DNA of 64,000 nucleotides from Planctomycetota bacterium. GTDB lineage: Bacteria; Planctomycetota; UBA8108; SXIK01. The stretch lies in contig CBDCXR010000004.1 in assembly GCA_965223845.1 (NCBI GenBank), positions 6,656,001 through 6,720,000 on the forward strand. The letters run 5' to 3'. Under the pieces are notes generated by a model. That model did not search any database. It was not told the origin of the DNA and saw only the letters and a list, made by a program, of their open reading frames with translations. Positions 1 through 9,986 of this stretch are shown here, piece after piece. The first letter of the stretch is position 1. Every line of letters begins with the position of its first letter. Both the position numbers and the translations under genes were made by a program.

Positions 1-1
1 C

Positions 2-1837
2 TCCGCCGTTGCCTATTCGGATCGCCCCACTCTCCGAAGTCTCCCAAACGATCGAGCTCCCAAGCTCGACGATGCCTCTTGCGATGTGGAGACTCGCTCC
101 CGCCGGGGACCAGTTGCCGGCGATCGTGACTCGGTCGATCGTCACGACGGAATCGCCTCCGACGAAAAACGCGGCGACGCCCGAGTGCGAGCGGTTCTCG
201 GCGATCAGGCAGTCGGAGATTTCCAGCTCGGTCGAGAAGACGAAGGCTCCGCTTCCAGTTTCCGAGTTCGCGGAATTGCGAACGATCCGGCAGCTCGTCA
301 TTTCGACCCGCGCAAACTCCGCGACGAGCCCTCCGTTCCCGCGGCAACCGCGAATGTCGAGCGCTTCGAGGATCGCAGGCCCTGCGTCGGGGGAGCTGCG
401 AGACATCCAAATGCCTCCCGCCGGTCCGTCCGTCACGGTGAGGTCTTGCACCTCGGCATCCGAGCGGACACCGACGATCGTCCCGCGTACGGTCGTCTCC
501 GATGTCCCCTCGCCGATCAGGCTGACGTGCTCCGTGAGCGGAATCACGGCGAGCTCGTGCTCGCCCGTACCGAGTGCGACGCGAACAGCGTCGCGCCCGG
601 CCTCTTCGCACGAGGCGAGTCGAGCCCCGATCGCTCCGCCGTCTTCGCCCGCCGTTCGACAGGGCGACGTGGCCGCGAGACCGTACCCGAAGCGAAGCGC
701 GTCGCGGAGCGAGCCGAACGGACGATCCTCGGATCCGTCGCCGCCGGCCGGAGCACCCGCGGACACGTGGCGGGTGCTCTGCGGACCCCACGCACAGAAT
801 TCCGGGTCCGATTCGATCACCGTTTCGTGAATGACGCCGGCGATGCAGGAGTGGTGGACATCGAACTCCGGCGGAAACTCGACCGACTGGAGAAAGCCGT
901 TGTTCCAAAGGATCGAGTTCTTCAGCTCTCCGCGGCTCTGAACGACGAGGGGCGAACCCGCGAAGTCGTTCCCCGAGATGGTGATCCGGTCCATTGTTAC
1001 CGGCGCGATTCCGCCGATCCGGATTCCTTCAGAGCGGCTGAAATTGCCGGCGACGAGAACATCCGTCATCGTCGACGCCGTACCGGCGAGTTCGATCAGC
1101 GGACCGAGTCGTGAGCGATTGTGATTCGAGAGGATCCGCACGCCGCTCAAGGAGACGTCCCCGTTGTGCGCGATGATCGCCGCGCCCACGTCGCCGAAGT
1201 TCTCTCGGATCTCCGTTCCTGAGAGCTCGACGGTCGAGTCTTCGACGAACAGCCCTCCGCCCGTGTAGAGACTGCCTGTCCGAGTCTCGCTGAAGTTCCC
1301 CGCGATGACACAGTCACGGATGTGAACGGACGATCGCTGGACGACGAGAAATCCGCCACCGCGATACTCGAGCCCCGCGCAATAGAAACACAGGGTGTTC
1401 GCCAACCGAGTGCCTTGCCCTCCCGTAACGGTGAATCCCGCTACGACACTCCGGGTCGACTCTCCGCTCTCGAACACGAAGACGCTCGCGTCGCCGGAGT
1501 CGATCGGGGTTTCGCTCATCCGGATGATCGTCGCCTCGGCGCCGGCCTCCGATCGGAGCTCGAGATCCTTGAGCGGCGGCGACGAATCGTCGAAGGGATC
1601 GTGCCAGCGATTGAAATCCAGCGGGCTCGAGATCAAGTACTCGCCCGGAGCGACGAGCACGGTGTCGCCGTCGGCGGCGACATCGAGGGCTTCTTGGATC
1701 GTCGGGTGGTCCGCGGGGACGCGGAGGATGTCCGCGTGCACGTGAGGCGATTCGAGCGCGATCAGACCGAGCGCGACGATTCCTACTGCGACCCAGGAAT
1801 CGGGGTGAACGATCCGCCCCATCGGTTTCGAATCCAC
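2..1837 (-). CDS. Secreted right-handed beta-helix repeat protein; tandem paralogue of 1940-6304; runs off the left edge
   Basis: Not in the ORF track because no stop lies in the window. Manual translation from GTG 1837 (GGAGG upstream) gives a signal-like N-terminus, then DILRVPADHPTIQEALDVAADGDTVLVAPGEYLISSPLDFNRWHDPFDDSSPPLKDLELRSE, colinear with the neighbouring gene and open to the edge. Confidence 0.88.
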   Translation of the reverse strand, partial: MDSKPMGRIVHPDSWVAVGIVALGLIALESPHVHADILRVPADHPTIQEALDVAADGDTVLVAPGEYLISSPLDFNRWHDPFDDSSPPLKDLELRSEAGAEATIIRMSETPIDSGDASVFVFESGESTRSVVAGFTVTGGQGTRLANTLCFYCAGLEYRGGGFLVVQRSSVHIRDCVIAGNFSETRTGSLYTGGGLFVEDSTVELSGTEIRENFGDVGAAIIAHNGDVSLSGVRILSNHNRSRLGPLIELAGTASTMTDVLVAGNFSRSEGIRIGGIAPVTMDRITISGNDFAGSPLVVQSRGELKNSILWNNGFLQSVEFPPEFDVHHSCIAGVIHETVIESDPEFCAWGPQSTRHVSAGAPAGGDGSEDRPFGSLRDALRFGYGLAATSPCRTAGEDGGAIGARLASCEEAGRDAVRVALGTGEHELAVIPLTEHVSLIGEGTSETTVRGTIVGVRSDAEVQDLTVTDGPAGGIWMSRSSPDAGPAILEALDIRGCRGNGGLVAEFARVEMTSCRIVRNSANSETGSGAFVFSTELEISDCLIAENRSHSGVAAFFVGGDSVVTIDRVTIAGNWSPAGASLHIARGIVELGSSIVWETSESGAIRIGNGG

Positions 1838-1939
1838 GCCGTCCTCCCTCGGACTTCTCGACGGAACCAGCGGCACCTCAGCCGATGCTGCAGCACGCGT
1901 TCCGGTCCATTCTCGTCGCTTCCTTCGCCGGCGGCACGA

Positions 1940-4900
1940 TCATTCACACGCCGGAAAGATCTCACAGTCGAGCGCCGCCTCGGGAGCGGTTTCGCCGCAC
2001 TCCTCGAACGGCGGCGGTGGCGGTGCTCCATCGCCGAACAGGAAGTTCAAGTGGTAGATCGGATCAGCGATGTTGAGCGCGTCGTCGGCGTTCGTGTCCG
2101 CGGCGGCGGCGCAATCGAGCGCGAGTCCGTTTCCAAAGAGAAATCCGAGCACGAAGATCGCATCGGCGATGTTTCCTTCGCCGTCGGTGTTGGCATCACC
2201 GCGGCGAAACGGCGATGTGCAGTACTCGTACGCGCCGAGATCGACGACCGGGCCGCAGACGCGGGTCCGGCCCGCGAGATCGACCGACGTCGGCACTGGC
2301 GTCGAGCCGAAGTCGATCGCCGGCGAATCGGGCTGAAGACGGTAATCTCCCCTCTCCCAGTCGGTACCGTCCCTTTTGCCGCGGACGCGAAAGAGCGGAT
2401 CGACATCGATGACATCGGTAAGCTGCGCCTGCTCGGGAAGCTCACCTTCGACGAGCGAATTCGTGACCGTCGGGAATGCCTCCGCCATGACGCTCGTTCT
2501 GGATCCGTTTCCCCACACGATCGAATTGCGGATCGTAAGATCGGAGTTGTGGACGACGATCGGCGGGGTGCCGTCATCTCCCAGGCCGCGATTCTCGGTC
2601 ACGGTGCAGCCGATCAGCTCGACGGTGAGGTTTGCGCCCCGGAGCGCCGGTCCGTTGTAGCCGTGATTTCCTGCAATGAGCGAATCGGTGAGACTCAGCA
2701 TGCCGCTGTGCCCCTCAACTCCCGCTAGATTGTTGGCGGTCACTTCGCACGCGACGATCGACAGTTCAGTGCCGTTTCCCGCGAAGATCCCGTTCACATC
2801 GTTGCGCTCGAAGCGAGAGCGGGTGAGCTTCGCCTTCACGAATCCGGCGGCGTGGAATCCGCCGCCGAACCGTAAGCCGTGTCGCCCGGCAAACCCCGCG
2901 GACCGAGCGATCGTCGTTCGATCGACCTCGATCTGCGCCCCTTCCCAGCATGCGATCCCCGCTTCGCCGTTGTCGTCGACGATGGAGTTGTCGACGACGA
3001 CGCTCGAATCCGGCCCGCAGAGGATCCCGGATCGCGCCGCGTTCACGACGACGACTCGCTCGATGTGCGCCTCAGCTCCCGCTGAAATCAGAATTCCGTC
3101 CGCGCTGCTCCCGTCGACACGGAGACCGAAGACGATTCCGTCGACGTCTGCGAGCGCGCCGCGGATGACCGTTTCTTCGGAGCCGGCCCCGATGAGATCG
3201 ATGCCGGGGCCGAGGACGACCGATCCCGAATACTCGCCTTCGGCGAGGCGAATCGTTCTCTTGGCAGTACCGCTCGATGCACAGGTCTCGAACGGGACTC
3301 CGATATCTCCACCTTCCGTGCCAGCGCCGAGGCAGGGAGAACCCTCCGCGAGCGCGAAGCTGAACTCGGTGGCCGCATTCGGGTGAGCGAAGGGATTCTC
3401 TCGCGTCCCGTCGCCTCCTTCGTCGGCGGCCGCATCCACCCAGACTTCGTCGGCCGCGCCGAGTCCACAGAACGCGGGGTCGACGTTTAGGTTTCCTTCG
3501 CCCGTGACGAGCTCGCCTTCGATGCAGGAGTACGAAACGGTTGCGGCATCCGCGCTGAGGAGGCTCGACTCGGTGTTGCCCCAGATGATGCTGTCCCGAA
3601 TCGTCGTTTCGCCGGTGGCCGTCACCGCGCAAGGAAACGTGCCGTAGTTTCGCGCGATCGTCGATTGAGTGACCGTGAGCTTCGTCCGCTGCGAGGAGAT
3701 GGGACAGCCCGAGTTGCGCGCGATGAGGCACCGCGTCAACGTCGCGGAGCCAGCGATGAGTCTGATCCCATCGCCATTCGCGAGAACGCTCGAATCGACG
3801 AGCGCGACCTCCGCCTCTTGCGAGACGAGCGCAACTCCGGCGTTCCCCCGAATTTCGACTTCACGAAACAAGGGGCGGGAAGCGGATTCACACAAGATCG
3901 CCCGGGTCGCGCAGTCGGTGATCGTCGACTTGCCGACAATCGGCGTCGATCCGGCACGGCAGACGAGCGCGGTGCCCGATCCTCCCTTGAGGACGCAATT
4001 CTCGATCGTTGCCGTACCGGCTTTCGCTATGTAGACGGTTCCTTCGACCGCGAGGTCGCGCAGGCTGGATCCTTCGGAGAGCTCGGCGATGCCTCCGGCG
4101 ATGGTCGTTCGCTCGGCTCCCGCGCCCTCGATGCGAACTCGCCCCGGCAACGACGCGTCGAGGCGATACCGCCCCGCCGCCACGCGGATCGAGGGCTCCG
4201 CGGGTCCTGGGTTGTCGCATGACGGCGCAGGCCAGCCGCGATCGACTCCATTCTCACCCGTCCCGCGACAAGGCGACCCGTCCGTGAGCGCCCAGCTGAA
4301 GCCGAGGTTCGAATCGAACGACCGAAAAGGTCGCTCGGCGCTGCCGTCTCCGCCTTCGTCCCCGTTCGCATCGACGTAGATTTCGTCACGCGGCCAACCG
4401 CAGAACATCGGATCGGCGGCGATGTTCTGCTCTCCGCGGGCGACGAACGCCTCGGGTACGCACGAATAGTCGATCGACAGACCAGTGCCGCCGCCGTTCC
4501 CCAGCACGATCTCTTCGTCCGAAGAGTTTCCCCAAATGATGCTGTCCCGGAGCGTGACGCGTCCGCCGTTGATCAGGAGTCCTCCGCCCGCGGAGGTCCA
4601 GTTGCCTGCGATAGTCACTCCCTTCGCGTTCACGGTAGCGCCGTTCCCGACGAGGACCGCGCCGCCTCCGAGCGAGTTGGTGTTCGCCGCGATGAGGCTG
4701 TCCGTGATCTGGAGACTTGTCTGCACCGCCCAGATTCCACTCCCAAAGCCGGAGTCGATGGTGTTCGCGAGAACACGGCTCCGATGAATCTCGAGCCTCA
4801 CGAACTGCGCGAGCACACCGCCGTTCCCGCGGCAGCGACGAATGTCGACGTCTTCGATTCTGGCGATCGCCTCTGACGGGGCCGGCTGGAAGGCCCAGAT

Positions 4901-6304
4901 TCCCCCGACCGGGCCCTCCTCGATCGTGAGCTCGCGGATTTCGAACCCGGGGCGAAATCCGACGACGGTTCCGCGAATGAACGTGTTCTCGCGGCCTCCG
5001 CCCGCGAGGCTCGCGCCCTGCTGTAGAGGGATCACAGGAAATTCGTAGTGTCCCGGCGCGAGGACGATCGTCGTCCGATCCGTGCCCGTGTCGTCGCACG
5101 CCCCGGCGTTCGCTCCGATCGCCCCTCCGTCGTCCCCGGCGGTGAGGTACGGGGACGCGGCGGAGAGGCCGTAGCGGTACTGAGTCGCTTCTCGGAGCGA
5201 CGCGAACGGGCGCTCGACGGAACCGTCGCCCCCTGCGGGTGCGTTAGTGGACACGTGATGAGTGTCGGAAATCCATCCGCAGAAGAGAGGGTCGGTATCG
5301 ACAATCGTGTCGCCGCCTGGGCCGGCGTAGTTCTGCAGACAGGAGTGATGGACGTTCATGTTTTCGTTGAGGCGCCACTCACCGGGGAAAGTGTTCCCCC
5401 AAACGATCGAGTTTTTCAGCTCGCCAGGAGCACCGAGATCGAGCGGCGTGCCGAACAGCTGATTCCCGGCGACGGTCAAGCGGTCGATCGTGACGGACTC
5501 TCCGGACCAAACGTGGAGACCGCCTCCCGAACTGAAGTTGTCCGCGACGAGACAATCGTGGATCGCCACCGAACTATTCGAGAGCGTCACGATCGCTCCC
5601 CACTGGCGATTGTGATTCGCAAGGATGCGAACTCCGTCGAAAGATACGCCGGCGTTCACCGCGAAGATCGCCGCTGAGGTGTCGCCGATGTGGCCGCTCA
5701 CCTCGCTGTTGACGAGCTCTAAGGTCGAGTTTTCGACGTAGAGTCCACCGCCCGAGTGGAACGTGTTCGGCTCGAGTCGCGTCGAGCCTCCCGTGATCCG
5801 GCACGCGGCGATGCGTATCGAGGAGCGCTCTCGGATGAGGAATCCACCCCCCAGTCGCTGAGGGCCGAAGCAGAAGAAACAATCCGAGTTTGCGACGACC
5901 CGCCCTCGCCCGCCCGTCACCGTGAAGCCTTCGACGATGCTCCGGTTCGACTCACCCTTCTCGAAGAGGAAGACGCTCGCCTCGCCGGGATCGTCCGGTG
6001 TTTCGCTCATTCGGATGACGGTCGCGTCCGCGCCGTCTTCGGAGCGAAGCTCGAGATCCTTGAGCGGAGGCGACGTCACGTCCAGCGGGTCGTGGAAGCG
6101 ATTGAAGTTGAGCGGACTCGAGATGACGTACTCGCCCGGCGCGACGAGGACGGTGTCGCCGTCGGCCGCGACATCGAGCGCCTCTTGGATGGTGCCGTAG
6201 TCGGCGGGGACCTGGAGGATGTTGGCGCACGCTCGCGTCGTGCTCAGTGCGACAACGAGAAGCGCGGTAACCGTGCCGGCGATGCGGAGCGAAATCGTTC
6301 TCAC
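1940..6304 (-). CDS. Secreted multi-module right-handed beta-helix (pectin-lyase fold/DUF1565-like) protein with C-terminal dockerin-like domain
   Basis: Probable GTG start at 6304 (GAAGGA upstream), signal peptide, VPADYGTIQEALD/GDTVLVAPGEY, repeated NSIVWGN/DPxF motifs, terminal DYRLQPDSPAIDFG...DLGAYEY, then FRRGDANTDG..IADAIFVLGFLF. Confidence 0.88.
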   Translation of the reverse strand: MRTISLRIAGTVTALLVVALSTTRACANILQVPADYGTIQEALDVAADGDTVLVAPGEYVISSPLNFNRFHDPLDVTSPPLKDLELRSEDGADATVIRMSETPDDPGEASVFLFEKGESNRSIVEGFTVTGGRGRVVANSDCFFCFGPQRLGGGFLIRERSSIRIAACRITGGSTRLEPNTFHSGGGLYVENSTLELVNSEVSGHIGDTSAAIFAVNAGVSFDGVRILANHNRQWGAIVTLSNSSVAIHDCLVADNFSSGGGLHVWSGESVTIDRLTVAGNQLFGTPLDLGAPGELKNSIVWGNTFPGEWRLNENMNVHHSCLQNYAGPGGDTIVDTDPLFCGWISDTHHVSTNAPAGGDGSVERPFASLREATQYRYGLSAASPYLTAGDDGGAIGANAGACDDTGTDRTTIVLAPGHYEFPVIPLQQGASLAGGGRENTFIRGTVVGFRPGFEIRELTIEEGPVGGIWAFQPAPSEAIARIEDVDIRRCRGNGGVLAQFVRLEIHRSRVLANTIDSGFGSGIWAVQTSLQITDSLIAANTNSLGGGAVLVGNGATVNAKGVTIAGNWTSAGGGLLINGGRVTLRDSIIWGNSSDEEIVLGNGGGTGLSIDYSCVPEAFVARGEQNIAADPMFCGWPRDEIYVDANGDEGGDGSAERPFRSFDSNLGFSWALTDGSPCRGTGENGVDRGWPAPSCDNPGPAEPSIRVAAGRYRLDASLPGRVRIEGAGAERTTIAGGIAELSEGSSLRDLAVEGTVYIAKAGTATIENCVLKGGSGTALVCRAGSTPIVGKSTITDCATRAILCESASRPLFREVEIRGNAGVALVSQEAEVALVDSSVLANGDGIRLIAGSATLTRCLIARNSGCPISSQRTKLTVTQSTIARNYGTFPCAVTATGETTIRDSIIWGNTESSLLSADAATVSYSCIEGELVTGEGNLNVDPAFCGLGAADEVWVDAAADEGGDGTRENPFAHPNAATEFSFALAEGSPCLGAGTEGGDIGVPFETCASSGTAKRTIRLAEGEYSGSVVLGPGIDLIGAGSEETVIRGALADVDGIVFGLRVDGSSADGILISAGAEAHIERVVVVNAARSGILCGPDSSVVVDNSIVDDNGEAGIACWEGAQIEVDRTTIARSAGFAGRHGLRFGGGFHAAGFVKAKLTRSRFERNDVNGIFAGNGTELSIVACEVTANNLAGVEGHSGMLSLTDSLIAGNHGYNGPALRGANLTVELIGCTVTENRGLGDDGTPPIVVHNSDLTIRNSIVWGNGSRTSVMAEAFPTVTNSLVEGELPEQAQLTDVIDVDPLFRVRGKRDGTDWERGDYRLQPDSPAIDFGSTPVPTSVDLAGRTRVCGPVVDLGAYEYCTSPFRRGDANTDGEGNIADAIFVLGFLFGNGLALDCAAAADTNADDALNIADPIYHLNFLFGDGAPPPPPFEECGETAPEAALDCEIFPACE

Positions 6305-6632
6305 GGGAATTCCTTCGGGTTCGACATCGCTCGGAGCGGTCAAAAGGGAGCTGCCCCAACGGCGACAGAACGGCGATCGTTCTCTCGTCACCCGCATTCT
6401 CGAGCTCTCCCCGTCACGGAGCACAAGACTACCTCGCGTTCGCGCTCGACTCAAAAACCGTTGTGCGCCGATTCCTCGGGCCTTGCGCATTCGGCGGCTG
6501 CGCTACAATGCGCGCCGCTTTCGGCGTGGTGCACGCCGGGAGCGAGCGGAGTCGACTGCCGGCTCGCCGCGCGTCGATCGTCCGTCCCACCGCGATTTCT
6601 CTTTACTCCCCGAACACCGAGACCCGTTAGCG

Positions 6633-8228
6633 ATGGCCTACGACCCTCACCGCACGGCGCCCGATCCGAAGGAAACCGGCTGGCCGCGTGGGATCCCCTA
6701 CATCATCGGGAACGAAGCTTGCGAGCGCTTCAGCTACTACGGAATGCGCTCGATTCTTCAGGTGTATCTGACCTTTCTCTACAGCCAGGTCGCGCTCGAG
6801 GGGATCACACCCGAGCAGCAGGCGACGTCGACGGTCCATCTTTTCTACGCCGGCGTCTACGCGTTCCCGATGATCGGCGCCCTCATCGCCGATCGTTTTC
6901 TCGGGAAGTACCGCGTGATCCTCTGGCTCTCGCTCGTCTACTGCGCGGGTCACGGGTTTCTCGCGGTGTTCGAGGACTCGCTGGGCGGTGTCCTCGCCGG
7001 TCTCATGATGATTGCGATCGGTTCGGGCGGCATCAAATCCTGCGTCTCCGCGCACGTGGGCGACCAGTTCGGAGCGGGAAATTGGTCGAAGCTTCCACGC
7101 GTCTACCAGATCTTCTACTTCAGTGTGAACTTCGGATCGTTTTTCGCTTCGCTCCTGATTCCGTACACGAAAGAAACCCTGGGGGTTGAGTACGCTTTCG
7201 GGATCCCGGGCATCTTGATGTTCATCGCGACGATCTTTTTCTGGCTCGGGAGAAACACATTCGTTCATGTTCCAGCGAAGCCTGGCGGTCGCCTGGGACT
7301 GCTCGACGCAGTCAGCTCGACCTTGATCTTCATGGCGCTCGGCTGCTTCTCGTTCTTTGGCGACGACACTAGCACTTGGGTCAAGTTGATCGTGCCGATC
7401 GCGTTTCTGGGATCCGGATTGCTTCTCTTCGGGATTCGTCAGGAGATCGCTCGGGACGACGGCTTTCTCGCCGTTCTGCTGCTCGCCGTCCGGCGCGGGC
7501 TCCGCGGCGCTCGAGACACTCTCGGCAGCGAGCCGGTGGAGGGCTTCGTCGCCGTGCTGAAGATCCTGAGCGTCTTCGTCTTCATCAGCATGTTCTGGGC
7601 GCTCTTTGACCAGCACTCGACGACGTGGATCCGCCAAGCGGAACTGATGGATCGGCAGTTCTTGATCTTCGGCTGGGAATTCGAGGTTCTGCCGTCACAG
7701 ACTCTGGCCTGGAATCCCTTGTTCGTCATGATCCTGATTCCCTTTACGGGGTTCTTCCTCTACCCGCTCCTCGATCGTTGCGGATTCGCGATGACGCCGC
7801 TCCGGCGCATTTCGCTAGGGATGTACGTCGGATTCGTCTCATTCGTCGTCGTCGCGATGCTGCAGGACCGGATCGAGGACGCGGCGACTGCGGCCGCGCT
7901 CGATCCGTCGAGCCCGGCCGCGCAACCGGTGCATCTCGCCTGGCAGATCATCCCGCAGCTATTGATCACACTTTCGGAAGTGATGATTTCGATCACCGGC
8001 CTCGAGTTCGCCTACAGCCAGGCGCCGAAGCGCATGAAGTCGACGATCATGGGCTTCTGGCTCCTCACGATCGCGCTCGGGAACATCTTCGTCAGCCTCC
8101 TCACGAAGTTCCTCCCCGAGATGACCCTCGCGCGGAACTTCTGGCTGTTCACCTGGCTGATGCTCGGAGCCGCAGTCCTCGTTACGATTCGGTCGGCGTT
8201 CTATCGCTACCGGGAATACACTCAGTAG
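6633..8228 (+). CDS. POT/PTR family proton-dependent oligopeptide transporter
   Basis: EACERFSYYGMR (ExxERFxYYG), GALIADRFLGKY, FYFSVNFGS and GLEFAYSQAPKRMKS motifs; many TM segments; ATG at 6633. Confidence 0.95.
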   Translation: MAYDPHRTAPDPKETGWPRGIPYIIGNEACERFSYYGMRSILQVYLTFLYSQVALEGITPEQQATSTVHLFYAGVYAFPMIGALIADRFLGKYRVILWLSLVYCAGHGFLAVFEDSLGGVLAGLMMIAIGSGGIKSCVSAHVGDQFGAGNWSKLPRVYQIFYFSVNFGSFFASLLIPYTKETLGVEYAFGIPGILMFIATIFFWLGRNTFVHVPAKPGGRLGLLDAVSSTLIFMALGCFSFFGDDTSTWVKLIVPIAFLGSGLLLFGIRQEIARDDGFLAVLLLAVRRGLRGARDTLGSEPVEGFVAVLKILSVFVFISMFWALFDQHSTTWIRQAELMDRQFLIFGWEFEVLPSQTLAWNPLFVMILIPFTGFFLYPLLDRCGFAMTPLRRISLGMYVGFVSFVVVAMLQDRIEDAATAAALDPSSPAAQPVHLAWQIIPQLLITLSEVMISITGLEFAYSQAPKRMKSTIMGFWLLTIALGNIFVSLLTKFLPEMTLARNFWLFTWLMLGAAVLVTIRSAFYRYREYTQ

Positions 8229-8877
8229 GGGGCGATTCGGATTCGAACGGCACGCGGGAGAGTAAACCGCCCACCGACAGAACGATGGTGAGATAAAAGG
8301 GCAGCCACAAGTAGATCCAGACGTTCGCCGATCGCTCGGCTCCCTCGATGGCTGAGATCTTCTCGAAGAGCTCCTTGATCGTCTCGCTTTCGAAGAAACG
8401 TGGGATGACAACGCTCGCGAGCCAGAGCGCGACGATCGCAACGAAGTGATGGACGAGGGTGGACTCGAGGCGAGAGACGCGCGCGCCCAGAAGTCGCTCG
8501 ATCCCGGCGTCGAGGACGCCCGGCCGACCAGAGGACGAGGTCCTCGCGCGCCCACCGATCCGGCGGAGGACCACCTTCACTGTCAGAAGAACGCCGAGCA
8601 TCCAGACGAAGATGGAGACGAAGCCCGTCCACCAGTGGGCGGGAAGGACGTTCCAAAAGACGAGAATGCCCTTCGTGTACCAGCCGGGCGCGGTCGAGTA
8701 ATCCCCGGACGTGATCGCGAAAATCGCGGCGAGATTCATCGCCGCGACGAGCGTCGCCCAGCAGACGTTGGGCGCGGGGACGCCGGCGATTCGGCGAAGC
8801 CACTGAAAGATCGCCGCTTCGACGGCCGCGTGGCCGAGCAGCGCGACCGTCACGCTCACGAACAGAATGGCATCCAC
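8182..8877 (-). CDS. Hypothetical multi-pass membrane protein
   Basis: About five hydrophobic segments; fills the gap between the POT and Kazal genes; 47-bp convergent overlap with the POT gene. Confidence 0.6.
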   Translation of the reverse strand: MDAILFVSVTVALLGHAAVEAAIFQWLRRIAGVPAPNVCWATLVAAMNLAAIFAITSGDYSTAPGWYTKGILVFWNVLPAHWWTGFVSIFVWMLGVLLTVKVVLRRIGGRARTSSSGRPGVLDAGIERLLGARVSRLESTLVHHFVAIVALWLASVVIPRFFESETIKELFEKISAIEGAERSANVWIYLWLPFYLTIVLSVGGLLSRVPFESESPPTECIPGSDRTPTES

Positions 8878-9074
8878 GGTTTCCTCGCCCTCTCGCGCGA
8901 TTCTGCGCGGCGAGCGCTCCTCGCGAGTGAATCCTGATTTCGGGTCGATGTTCTACCATCTGTAGCCGCGGCCCACCAATCGCCGGATCACTCGTTGCGC
9001 CGGTGGGCAGAGCCGCGTCAAGATGGCCTCTACGGATGCGGAAGTCGACGGCACGAGACGAAAGGACGGGAACC

Positions 9075-9851
9075 ATGACGAAGATCGTCGCTCTAGTGAA
9101 TCGCGCGTCGATGTTGACCGCCGCGCTTCTCGTCTCGACCTCCGTGGTTACGGCCCAAAACCGTTCCTTCATTCGCGGCGACGCTAACGCCGACGGCGCA
9201 TTCAACATCGCGGACCCGGTCGCGACGCTGAACTACCTCTTCGACGACGGCGCAGAATTACCGTGTCTCGACGCCGCCGATGCGAGCGACGTCGGGTCGG
9301 TGACCATCAGCTCGGCGATCTACTCGCTCAATTTTCTCTTCGGGGACGGCGACACCATCCCGGCGCCCGGAAGCGAAGAGTGCGGCCTCGATCCCACCGA
9401 AGACAAGTTGTCCTGTGAGTCGTATTCGCGCTGTGACGAAGAGTGCGACTGCCTCGAGGACTTCTACTGCGCAACCGCGCCTGGTGATTGCGACGGGCAC
9501 GGCGAATGCGTCGAACGTCCGCGTGCTTGCACGCGCGAGTTCGACCCCGTCTGCGGCTGCGACGGCGTCACCTACTCGAATCCCTGCAATGCCGCCGCAG
9601 CTGGGGTGAGCGTCGCTTACGAGGGTGAGTGTGACCGAGAGCGCGGCTGCGAATCGAACGACGACTGCGCCCTTCGCCAGTACTGCGCAAAGGAAACCTG
9701 CGACGACGAGTTCGGCGAATGCGCCACGCGAGCTGAAGTGTGCCCACTCGTATTCGATCCGGTGTGCGGCTGCGACGGCAAAACCTACGGCAACGAGTGC
9801 GAAGCCGCGGCGGCCGGGGTCAACATCGTGTCGCGCGGCGAGTGTCCGTAG
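9075..9851 (+). CDS. Secreted protein with N-terminal dockerin-like domain and two Kazal-type protease inhibitor domains
   Basis: Signal peptide, then FIRGDANADGAFNIADPVATLNYLF; Kazal motifs CTREFDPVCGCDGVTYSNPC..EGEC and CPLVFDPVCGCDGKTYGNEC..RGEC. Confidence 0.9.
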   Translation: MTKIVALVNRASMLTAALLVSTSVVTAQNRSFIRGDANADGAFNIADPVATLNYLFDDGAELPCLDAADASDVGSVTISSAIYSLNFLFGDGDTIPAPGSEECGLDPTEDKLSCESYSRCDEECDCLEDFYCATAPGDCDGHGECVERPRACTREFDPVCGCDGVTYSNPCNAAAAGVSVAYEGECDRERGCESNDDCALRQYCAKETCDDEFGECATRAEVCPLVFDPVCGCDGKTYGNECEAAAAGVNIVSRGECP

Positions 9852-9895
9852 GGAGCACCGGCGCGCTATTCCAGACCCTCAAGCCGCGCCGATCC

Positions 9896-9986
9896 ACTTC
9901 CTCATTCTCATTCCTATTCCTACTCTCTTGCCCGTCTTCCTTCCTCTTCCTTCGCGATCCTTCGCGCTCTTCGTGTGAAACTCTTC
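9896..9986 (-). repeat. Dispersed intergenic element (GAAGAGtTTCACACGAAG core followed by a purine-rich tract)
   Basis: Reverse complement of 9969-9986 matches 45431-45448 at 17 of 18 positions; both copies follow a stop codon between convergent genes. Confidence 0.7.
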
